Shown: piece by piece, positions 44,479 to 51,897 of the stretch
Layout: each line of letters starts with the position of its first letter
Position numbering within the stretch: the stretch's first letter is position 1
Origin: a virus
Taxonomy: Duplodnaviria; Caudoviricetes
Direction: 5' to 3' (one strand)
Length of the DNA stretch: 51,897 bases
IMG/VR virus record: IMGVR_UViG_3300032893_000068
Coordinates: 1-51,897 of that record
The notes under the pieces: generated by a model
The model's database searches: none
What the model was told of the DNA's origin: nothing
The model's input: the letters and a program-made list of their open reading frames with translations, nothing else
Program-made: the position numbers and the translations under genes

Positions 44479-45035
44479 TGGGACTGATCGGAGTATCAGG
44501 TAAAGCAAAGGCTGGGAAAGATTTACTTTGCAGTTTTGCAAATAAGGATGGCTGGACTCGATTGGCATTTGCTGATGCTTTGAAGAATAAAGTTAAAAGA
44601 GAGTTTGGACTAGAAGAAGATCATGTAAATGGTTGGCTGAAAGAAGCTGAAACAGATCTTCTTAATGGCCATAGCCCCCGCGAACTCATGATTGACATTG
44701 GCAACATCTATCGTAAATATGACCCAAATTATTGGGTGAAAACAGTGCTGGATGTCATCAAATCAAATCCAACAAAGAAAATCATGATTACAGACGTTCG
44801 CTTCCCAAATGAGGCAGATGCCATTCGCAATCATGGTGGTATTCTGGTTCGCTTGAATCGTCATCCGAAACGAGACAATTTGGTTAGTGATGAAACGAAG
44901 AAAAGCATTTCAGAAACGGCATTGGACAATTACAAGAAATGGGACTTCGAGCTTGAAGCACAAAATAATGAGACACCGGATCAATTGGCGGCTTTTTGGC
45001 AAGTTGTTTCCGCTGCCATAGGGATGAAACTCTAA
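44478..45035 (+). CDS. Deoxynucleoside monophosphate kinase
   Basis: LIGVSGKAKAGKD, AFADALK, PRELM, YWV, ITDVRFPNE and SETALD motifs. Confidence 0.9.
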   Translation: MGLIGVSGKAKAGKDLLCSFANKDGWTRLAFADALKNKVKREFGLEEDHVNGWLKEAETDLLNGHSPRELMIDIGNIYRKYDPNYWVKTVLDVIKSNPTKKIMITDVRFPNEADAIRNHGGILVRLNRHPKRDNLVSDETKKSISETALDNYKKWDFELEAQNNETPDQLAAFWQVVSAAIGMKL

Positions 45036-45250
45036 TGAAAATACCTTTTAGAGTAAAATATGCAGAATTTGTGAATGAAGATACTTTACAAATCTGGTCC
45101 GGCGATTATAATGCTCCTAAATCAAAGGCAGCTTATTTAAAACTTCCAAAATGGTTGTTGGCTGTCATTGATAAAGAAAATGAGCAATTTGCAAAACAAA
45201 AAATACAGGCGCTTAGAAACGAACTTAAATCTATTATGGGGATTGAATAA
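45035..45250 (+). CDS. Hypothetical protein
   Basis: TAATG-coupled on both sides. Confidence 0.6.
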   Translation: MKIPFRVKYAEFVNEDTLQIWSGDYNAPKSKAAYLKLPKWLLAVIDKENEQFAKQKIQALRNELKSIMGIE

Positions 45251-46173
45251 TGCACTCATATTCTTCGATATATAATTTAGGGCATAAGATGGCCGCCAAT
45301 CTATTCCAAGGGCCAGTGACAATAGAAGAAAAAGTGGATGGGAGTCAATTCTCATTCGGTATGTACGATGGACAGCTTCGCTTGCGCTCTCGTGGCAGTG
45401 AATTGTTCATGCCCCATACGAACAAGCTCTTTCTCCCTGCTTGTCAGTATGTAGAAACCATTAAGGACTATTTAGTGCCTGGCTGGACGTATCGCGGAGA
45501 AACTCTGCATCGGCCAAAGCATAATTCCTTGGCCTATGAGCGTGTTCCGAAGAACAACTGCGTTATATTTGATATTGACAAAGCTGAGTGTGATTATCTA
45601 ACTTATGATGAGAAAGTGGCTGAGGCGACAAGGCTTGGTTTTGAGACAGTTCCATTGCTCTATCAAGGCACTATTTCTTCTTATGAAGAACTGAAGGATT
45701 TCTTCGAGCGAAATTCATTTCTTGGAGGAGCCAAGATTGAAGGTATGGTGATTAAGAATTACAATAAGTTTGGGCCAGACAAGAAAACTCTCATGGGAAA
45801 GTGGGTGAGTGAGGCATTCAAAGAAGTGCATAGTGCAGAATGGAAGAAAGCCAATCCTGGCAAGAGAGATGTGATTCACAACTTGATTGCTATGTACAAA
45901 ACAGAAGCGCGATGGAATAAAGCAATTCAGCATTTGAAAGAAACTGGCGTCTTGCAGAATGCTCCGCAAGATATTGGCCCATTAATGAAAGAAATCAATG
46001 TTGATGTTCTAAAAGAATGCAGCGAAGCTATCAAGGAAGAATTATTCAAACAGGCATGGCCGCAGATTGCTCGTGGATTAACAGGTGGCTTCCCTGATTT
46101 CTATAAAAATAAGTTGGCACAAAGTCAATTTGCTCCTGTGGAGACGAAAAGTGAAGAAACGACCGTATCCTAA
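45250..46173 (+). CDS. RNA ligase (Rnl2-like nucleotidyltransferase)
   Basis: Motif I EEKVDGSQFSF, YRGE, IFDI, VPLLYQG, EGMVIK and GKWVSEAFKE. Confidence 0.85.
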   Translation: MHSYSSIYNLGHKMAANLFQGPVTIEEKVDGSQFSFGMYDGQLRLRSRGSELFMPHTNKLFLPACQYVETIKDYLVPGWTYRGETLHRPKHNSLAYERVPKNNCVIFDIDKAECDYLTYDEKVAEATRLGFETVPLLYQGTISSYEELKDFFERNSFLGGAKIEGMVIKNYNKFGPDKKTLMGKWVSEAFKEVHSAEWKKANPGKRDVIHNLIAMYKTEARWNKAIQHLKETGVLQNAPQDIGPLMKEINVDVLKECSEAIKEELFKQAWPQIARGLTGGFPDFYKNKLAQSQFAPVETKSEETTVS

Positions 46174-46360
46174 TGTCATTGAGTGCCTTAGCTGTGGGAC
46201 TGTGCTAGTGAGTTTTCATAGGCATGACTTTAAGCAGTGCAATTGTTTGAATGAAACTTTTGTTGATGGTGGATCTGACTATCTACGTTTTGGTGGTCAC
46301 AATATAAGTAAAATCAAGGTATTGAAAATTATTGCGATGCCAAGGAGGAACCATGCCTGA
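46151..46360 (+). CDS. Small Zn-binding phage protein
   Basis: NVIECLSCGTVLVSFHRHDFKQCNC...VDGGSDYLRFGG. Confidence 0.8.
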   Translation: MKKRPYPNVIECLSCGTVLVSFHRHDFKQCNCLNETFVDGGSDYLRFGGHNISKIKVLKIIAMPRRNHA

Positions 46361-46790
46361 TAGTCAATCAGAAACATCTGGCGCTATTACTTTTGAACAA
46401 CTTCAATCTGCGGTAGCTAGAATTAATCTCATGGCCGAAAGTCAGTTTCCTAATCCAGCAACGGATGCACAGCAGGAACGAGAAAGACGCCACAATCAAG
46501 TGACTTATAATTATTGGACTTCTAGTGTTGTACCAAATCCAGTACGGCCATCATTTCAGAGAGAATATGAAAGAGTGGCTGAACATGCACGACAAGTGCA
46601 TAATCAACATGTAATAGAAACATTATTTTATGGAACTGGAATACAGGAGTCACTAGGGCAAAGAGAGAACGAAAACAACGCCCGTTACGATCATACATTA
46701 TTTCCGGCCTTGGTAAAGTGTAACTGCGGAACAACTGCCTGTTTGTCTAAATATAGGGGCAAGAATAAAGACGAGGAAGTACCATTTTAA
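46353..46790 (+). CDS. Hypothetical protein
   Basis: AAGGAGG RBS. Confidence 0.65.
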   Translation: MPDSQSETSGAITFEQLQSAVARINLMAESQFPNPATDAQQERERRHNQVTYNYWTSSVVPNPVRPSFQREYERVAEHARQVHNQHVIETLFYGTGIQESLGQRENENNARYDHTLFPALVKCNCGTTACLSKYRGKNKDEEVPF

Positions 46791-47110
46791 TGAAAAAGTC
46801 CAAACTTAAATCTTCGAAGCCCTATGGATTATGTAAGTATTGGCCTGAATTAACTCAAGCGAATGCGGAGAAAGAAAGGCAGAAATTGTTTGATAAACAA
46901 AAAGGGCGATGTGCTATCTGTGGGAAGGAAGAAAAAGAGTTTAAACGAAGATTGAATGTAGATCATAATCATAAAACAGGGCAAGTGCGGGGCCTATTAT
47001 GCTATCGTTGTAATAAGTTTGTAGTAGGACGCCATACCTATGAATCAGCTTCCAAGGTATTGAATTATTTGAAAGTAGAATTAATTACAAAAGGAAAAAA
47101 TAATGACTGA
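46790..47110 (+). CDS. Recombination endonuclease VII family
   Basis: QKGRCAICG...LNVDHNHKTGQVRGLLCYRCN. Confidence 0.9.
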   Translation: MKKSKLKSSKPYGLCKYWPELTQANAEKERQKLFDKQKGRCAICGKEEKEFKRRLNVDHNHKTGQVRGLLCYRCNKFVVGRHTYESASKVLNYLKVELITKGKNND

Positions 47111-47297
47111 ATGTATAGCGGCGGGTGTTCAGCATGTCATGGAGTGGATTGTTGCTGCATTTGGTTCACAAGTTTTCAAATGTAAGCTGTGCGGCTATGT
47201 TGAAGATGTGCCGGAGGATTCATTGAATGGATAGTTCAGATATGTTTATTAATAGTTACAAAGATTGGGAAGATAGTTTGTTCAAAGGAGATTACTA

Positions 47298-48092
47298 ATG
47301 AATAACGGGCCGCGAGTGTTGATTTTTGACGTGGAAACAGCGCCAATTGTAGCCTATACATGGGGCTTGTTTGATCAGAATGTTGGGCTTAATCAAATCA
47401 AAAGTGACTGGCACTTCCTGGCTTGGGCAGCGAAATGGTTGGGTGATCCGGCTTCAAAGACTGTATATATGGACAACAGCAAGGCTAAAAATATCTCAGA
47501 TGACAAAGAACTGATTACAGAGCTTGTCAAAATGATTGAACAGGCTGACATTGTTGTGACGCAAAACGGTGAGTCATTCGACATCAAGAAACTCAATGCA
47601 CGAGCGATTATCAATGGCTTGCCTCCAATTCGGCCAGCTAAGTCTACTGATATTCTCCGTGAAGGACGCAAGGTGTTCAAATTCACGTCTCACAAATTGG
47701 AGTACATCTCTGATACATTGAACACGAAATACAAGAAACTCAAACACAACAAGTATCCTGGCTTCGAGTTGTGGGCTGCGATTCTCAAAGGCGACAAGCG
47801 AGCATGGGCAGAGATGCGAAAATACACGATTCATGATGTGTTGTCTACAGAAGAAGCTTATGTGCGGATTCAAGGTTGGATTAAGACACAAAATCTAGCT
47901 AAATACACAGATGATGAGACAGTGCGATGTTTCTGCGGAAGCAAGAACTTACAGCATCGTGGAGTGACATATACAGCCGTGGGGCGGTATCGCCGGTATC
48001 GTTGCAATGATTGTGGAAAATGGACACGTGGAAGTAGCAACTTGTTGGCTTTTGACAAGCGTAAAAATCTAGTAAGGGAAGGTACGAAATAA
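47298..48092 (+). CDS. DnaQ/RNase H-like 3'-5' exonuclease with C-terminal Zn ribbon
   Basis: LIFDVET, QNGESFD, MRKYTIHDV; CFCGS...YRCNDCG. Confidence 0.88.
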   Translation: MNNGPRVLIFDVETAPIVAYTWGLFDQNVGLNQIKSDWHFLAWAAKWLGDPASKTVYMDNSKAKNISDDKELITELVKMIEQADIVVTQNGESFDIKKLNARAIINGLPPIRPAKSTDILREGRKVFKFTSHKLEYISDTLNTKYKKLKHNKYPGFELWAAILKGDKRAWAEMRKYTIHDVLSTEEAYVRIQGWIKTQNLAKYTDDETVRCFCGSKNLQHRGVTYTAVGRYRRYRCNDCGKWTRGSSNLLAFDKRKNLVREGTK

Positions 48093-48790
48093 TGAAGCAG
48101 TTAATTGGATTCTTGTTGGGACTCTATGGATTCGGAGCTATTGCAGCAATTGGAATTCCGTTGTATGCTGCTTCAACAGACACAGTAAAGGTGGAGGAGA
48201 AGGTAGTGCAGCTTCACATTATCAAACCAGATCCGAAACCAGTCGAGGAAAAGGCAATACGTTCCTTCCGTAAAATTGACATAGCAAAGAAGCAAGACCT
48301 TAGTCGTTTTGTCTGCTCTGGTGCCTTCGTTAGTCCTTATGGACACATTCTTACAGCACGGCATTGCACGAATGAGGCTTTGGAGATTGAAGTGGAGACG
48401 TATGACCGGCAGTTATACAATGCGACGATTGTCTATGTCTCATCGACAGCAGATTTAGCCTTGCTGCATGTGAATAAACGTAATAGCCCGTATTTCGAGC
48501 TTGCCAAAGAAGTGACTCGCGGACAGAAAATCTATGTCCTTGGAAGTCCTCTTGGAATCGGTGATACATTGGCTACAGGCATCGTGGCTAAGTTGTGGGG
48601 TGACTTGATGTTGATTGATTGCTCTGTCTTGCCAGGGAACAGCGGTGGGCCAGCGTTTGATGAAAATGGTCATTTGGTTGGTGTCACTACGGCTGGATTT
48701 GTTGTGTTCCTTGGAATGACTCACTTGAACATTGCACAAAGCTTAGATGGTATCTACTATTTCTTACTGGAAGCGGCACGGAGGAGCTAA
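48092..48790 (+). CDS. Trypsin-like serine protease with N-terminal membrane anchor or signal
   Basis: ILTARHC (His), ADLALL (Asp), PGNSGGP (Ser). Confidence 0.92.
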   Translation: MKQLIGFLLGLYGFGAIAAIGIPLYAASTDTVKVEEKVVQLHIIKPDPKPVEEKAIRSFRKIDIAKKQDLSRFVCSGAFVSPYGHILTARHCTNEALEIEVETYDRQLYNATIVYVSSTADLALLHVNKRNSPYFELAKEVTRGQKIYVLGSPLGIGDTLATGIVAKLWGDLMLIDCSVLPGNSGGPAFDENGHLVGVTTAGFVVFLGMTHLNIAQSLDGIYYFLLEAARRS

Positions 48791-48928
48791 TGGACTCTGA
48801 TTTCCTGAAACTTGTCCTGGCAGTTGAGGGGCTTACACGAGCAGTGCTGGAAGTGAAAGAAGAGGTGCGTAGAATCAATGAGGAAGGCATTGTGGTGGTA
48901 GCTGCACCTGACTCAACAAATAATTAAG

Positions 48929-49138
48929 ATGTATATAAATCCTGACTACGTAGTTAGAATAGTTCCAATAATAAAATATGGAACAAATTCAACAATGTTT
49001 ACAGACTGTTGCACAGTAGCTATTTGTGATGATGAGGCTTGTTGTCCCCATTGTGGAAAAAAAGTTATTGGTTATGATGCAGAAACTTCGCATAAAAGGC
49101 ATATCATTCGGTGGGAAAATGCGACAAGGTACTGGTAA
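48929..49138 (+). CDS. Small Cys-rich protein
   Basis: TDCCTVAICDDEACCPHCG. Confidence 0.6.
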   Translation: MYINPDYVVRIVPIIKYGTNSTMFTDCCTVAICDDEACCPHCGKKVIGYDAETSHKRHIIRWENATRYW

Positions 49139-49148
49139 AGGAGAAATT

Positions 49149-49307
49149 ATGTCTGAATGGAATGAGGAGCTTGACAATGATGAAGAAACTTTGGACGCTG
49201 TTTGGTGCGTGGATAGTGAATCTGGTATGGAGGCGCTCATTGATCGAAAAACAAATAAGGTCATTGCCATCAAGAGGGATGGAAAAATCACCGAACCAAA
49301 TTCCTAA
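49149..49307 (+). CDS. Small acidic hypothetical protein
   Basis: AAGGAG RBS. Confidence 0.6.
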   Translation: MSEWNEELDNDEETLDAVWCVDSESGMEALIDRKTNKVIAIKRDGKITEPNS

Positions 49308-49536
49308 GCTTACGACAGCATTCACAATGGATGCTGGGACAGCAATGGAATTCTATCGTCGCTGTATGGAACGAAAGGCTATGATAGAACTTGAAAAGCA
49401 TAATATCCTCATGGAGATGGTACATGAGGGACTTATCAAGAATGTTGTAGTGACGAAGAAAAGCAAAGAAGAATACATCAAGCATCTTTCTAAACATTTT
49501 AATGTTTTAGATTCTCGAAAGGAAGATAAGAAATGA
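49279..49536 (+). CDS. Hypothetical protein
   Basis: GAGGG RBS, start MEKSPNQ. Confidence 0.55.
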   Translation: MEKSPNQIPKLTTAFTMDAGTAMEFYRRCMERKAMIELEKHNILMEMVHEGLIKNVVVTKKSKEEYIKHLSKHFNVLDSRKEDKK

Positions 49537-49667
49537 TAACGAAAAATGATCTTGAAAAAGCAAGAGAGGTCGGGGGCATAGACAAGATTGCCTATGTATT
49601 GAATCAACTTGTTTGTGAACTTCTTAAGGAACGAGACGCTTACCGGAAAGTGGCTATTGATAAGTAG
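49533..49667 (+). CDS. Small hypothetical protein, possibly interrupted by TAG
   Basis: ATGA coupling; the frame stays open past the TAG to 49727. Confidence 0.4.
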   Translation: MITKNDLEKAREVGGIDKIAYVLNQLVCELLKERDAYRKVAIDK

Positions 49668-49743
49668 TGGGATAGGCCAAGCAAAGAAGATGAAATAGAC
49701 GCAAAGAAGCCCAGAAGAGCATGGTAGGAAGAAGGAGAGAAAA

Positions 49744-50118
49744 GTGAAGCTCGAAGATCAAATTTGTTCATTTGAACTTGCTAAGAGTTTGAAAGAATTG
49801 GGCGTGAAGCAGGAGAGCCATTTTTATTGGATTCCTGTTGGAAATGGTTATATAGCGGATTGCTTTATGTACTCAGAGCAGTACGAAGAAATTGATAAAG
49901 AAATTTCTGCCTTCACCGTGGCCGAGCTGGGGGAGATACTGCCGCCATTTGTTACGACAGAAAAATACTTCTGTAAAGAAAAACCACGCTTCAATACTCA
50001 TGAAGAAAAAACTATAGAACAGCATTCTTTTCATGATGATAAAGAAGCCGACGCTCGCGCCAAGATGCTAATTTATTTGATCGAAAAAGGATTATTGAAG
50101 TCGGCAACGAAGGACTAG
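49744..50118 (+). CDS. Conserved phage hypothetical protein
   Basis: QICSFELAKSLKELGVKQES...SAFTVAELGEILP...EADARAKMLIYLIE. Confidence 0.8.
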   Translation: MKLEDQICSFELAKSLKELGVKQESHFYWIPVGNGYIADCFMYSEQYEEIDKEISAFTVAELGEILPPFVTTEKYFCKEKPRFNTHEEKTIEQHSFHDDKEADARAKMLIYLIEKGLLKSATKD

Positions 50119-50237
50119 AAAAATTCGGGGATTGTTGTGTGCTAATTGTAATACTAAAGTTGTTAAAGTTGTCGAGGACTATGGCCCATTGATAATCCAA
50201 GCCCAGCAATACTTAAAAAAGTATGAGGAACTAACAA

Positions 50238-50642
50238 ATGAAAATTGAAGTGGTAAGATATGAGTTTTATGAAGATAGAACATTGGGTATATTGTACCTT
50301 GATGGGGTAGAATTTTGTAAAACTTTGGAAGATCGAGTTAGGCCAGATGGGATAAAAATATATGGAAAGACCGCGATTCCAGAAGGTACTTATGGACTGA
50401 CAATGGAGCCATTTCGAGGAGATGCACAAAAAATCTATCCGCATCTTCATAATGTTCCAAATTTCACTGGAATCTGCTTGCATGGAGGCAACATTCCCGA
50501 AGATACGGTGGGATGTATTCTGGTGGGATTCATTAAGAATGACTCAGATCATACAATTCACAATGCAGCAATTGCATCTCTTTGTCAACGGATTGGAAAA
50601 GCTACAAGTCCCTGGCAAATCACTGTGAGGAATGGAGGATAA
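50238..50642 (+). CDS. DUF5675 family protein (candidate cell-wall enzyme)
   Basis: TLG.LY...CKTLED...TAIPEGTY...NVPNFTGICLHGGN..EDTVGCILVG. Confidence 0.85.
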   Translation: MKIEVVRYEFYEDRTLGILYLDGVEFCKTLEDRVRPDGIKIYGKTAIPEGTYGLTMEPFRGDAQKIYPHLHNVPNFTGICLHGGNIPEDTVGCILVGFIKNDSDHTIHNAAIASLCQRIGKATSPWQITVRNGG

Positions 50643-50643
50643 T

Positions 50644-50778
50644 ATGCGCCGTGGAAAGAAAATAGCTAGAGAACTTGCTCGTCGTATTGCAGCCTGGGAA
50701 GCTACTACACAGAATAAGGCTTCTGACATTGCTCGGAAACATCCAAATGGCTTCAAAAAGCCTGGAAGTGGGAAATAA
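50644..50778 (+). CDS. Small basic protein (44 aa)
   Basis: GGAGG RBS; MRRGKKIARELARRIAAWE...FKKPGSGK. Confidence 0.6.
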   Translation: MRRGKKIARELARRIAAWEATTQNKASDIARKHPNGFKKPGSGK

Positions 50779-50779
50779 T

Positions 50780-50944
50780 ATGAATACTGATGCCTATGTA
50801 ACTTACAAAGCAGCAGCCCTTACTGGACTCTTGGCAGGACTTGCCATTGAGCCAAAGAATCAGAAAGAAGAAGTGAGTAATGACGATTTGATATATTTGG
50901 AACTTTTGTGTGATAGAATTGCACAAGCGATGGTAAAGGGGTAA
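50780..50944 (+). CDS. Small hypothetical protein
   Basis: AAALTGLLA...IAQAMV motif common in phage small ORFs. Confidence 0.65.
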   Translation: MNTDAYVTYKAAALTGLLAGLAIEPKNQKEEVSNDDLIYLELLCDRIAQAMVKG

Positions 50945-50945
50945 T

Positions 50946-51173
50946 GTGAGAGAACATAAGCCGCCAGCAGATTGTACGTGCGGACATACATGGGAAGATC
51001 ATCACCACGGATGTATCATGAATCCGAAATATCCAACTGAAGATCACAAACGAGGAATCTGTAGAGCAGTAATGGCACAAGAGTGTGAAGCTACACAAAT
51101 CAATGGAGAATGGATTGTTCCTGAGCAGGAGAGATGTTATTGTGGACAATATAGGGTTGGGAGGAAACATTAA
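50946..51173 (+). CDS. Cys/His-rich small protein
   Basis: CTCGH...CYCGQY; AAGGGG RBS. Confidence 0.6.
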   Translation: MREHKPPADCTCGHTWEDHHHGCIMNPKYPTEDHKRGICRAVMAQECEATQINGEWIVPEQERCYCGQYRVGRKH

Positions 51174-51544
51174 TGGGCTTGATGAATCGTCTCACCAATG
51201 CTGCAAATCCCTATCAAGGGGAATTCAAAAAAGTGCTATGCGTTTGTTCAGCAGGACTCTTACGTTCTCCGACAGCAGCTTGGGTGCTGTCCCAAGAGCC
51301 ATTCAATTACAATACGAGAGCAGCAGGAATAGAATCTGAGTTCGCTCTTATTGTAGTTGACAAAATATTGATTGCTTGGGCTGATGAGATTGTTTGCATG
51401 ACACGAGAGCAAGAAAAAAAGCTTAAAGAGTTGACCAATAAATCAATCATCAATCTTGAGATTGAGGATGATTTTCAATACCGTGATCCAAAACTTGTAG
51501 AGTTGATTAAAGAACGCTACACTAGGGAGGCCGCTAATGCTTAA
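51173..51544 (+). CDS. Low-molecular-weight protein tyrosine phosphatase family
   Basis: P-loop VLCVCSAGLLRSPTA; WADEIVCM; IEDDFQYRDP. Confidence 0.9.
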   Translation: MGLMNRLTNAANPYQGEFKKVLCVCSAGLLRSPTAAWVLSQEPFNYNTRAAGIESEFALIVVDKILIAWADEIVCMTREQEKKLKELTNKSIINLEIEDDFQYRDPKLVELIKERYTREAANA

Positions 51545-51897
51545 ATTGTTCGTAGACGACATTCGTAGATGTCCCGATGGATGGATACTAGCTCGTACCG
51601 TGACAGAGGCTATTCGTATCCTTGCTACGCAGGATGTTTCTGAAGTGAGGCTCAATCATAATATTATTTGTAAGCCAGAGACAGGAGAAAGTCATATAAG
51701 CTGGGAGACGTTTAAAGCTGTAGCTCGCTATTTAGCATTGCTCAATGTAGTGAGGGAACTCGACAACGGTATTCCAATCAAAGCTCATATTCATATAGCA
51801 AATGCGCAAGGCGGCAATCTGCCAAAAAGTTGCTGTTCATGAAATCAATGCCGGACAAAGGCCCGACCCACATCCAATATGATTCTCCATTTGGATT
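51467..51897. repeat. Terminal direct repeat, right copy (includes a duplicate of the 71..376 gene at 51537..51842)
   Basis: Offset 51466 from the left copy. Confidence 0.95.

Noticed and set aside
49533-49727. Stop-codon reassignment (TAG read-through)
   Set aside because: All large genes are intact in code 11, several end in TAG, and there is no suppressor tRNA. Isolated cases fit short genes or decay.
1-51897. Prophage or temperate lifestyle (tRNA as att site)
   Set aside because: No integrase, repressor, partition genes or flanking host genes were recognised, and the ends overlap as a circle.

Overview
The window is an apparently complete, circularly permuted ~51.5 kb tailed dsDNA phage genome with a podovirus-like layout. 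Bases 1-431 recur at 51467-51897 with 6 mismatches. No integrase, repressor, reverse transcriptase or CRISPR array is evident, so it is probably lytic. It has two arms that diverge at ~30.5-31.0 kb. The minus arm (30649->1863) carries small genes, tRNA-Thr, terS, terL, portal, scaffold, an initiator-like tRNA-Met flanked by structured RNA, major capsid, tail spike, tail tube/nozzle, four ejection-type proteins and several small beta-rich virion proteins. The plus arm (31082->51897/1->1844) carries an early amidoligase + glutamine amidotransferase pair, 3D-domain, HNH, a sigma-region-4 protein, holin, SSB-like protein, exonuclease, primase-helicase, a family A DNA polymerase, nucleotide-metabolism genes, RNA ligase, endonuclease VII, a serine protease, DUF5675 and phosphatases. 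The most notable observations are: (1) a PolA with a rewritten O-helix and a Cys-rich insert, next to a MazG/cupin/NDT/dNMP-kinase cluster; (2) a cassette of structured RNA modules around tRNA-Met in the capsid leader; (3) a three-copy bipartite promoter-like motif tied to the sigma-region-4 gene; (4) a tRNA whose acceptor strand appears to double as the terS ribosome-binding site. All calls come from reading motifs by eye; no database searches were run.
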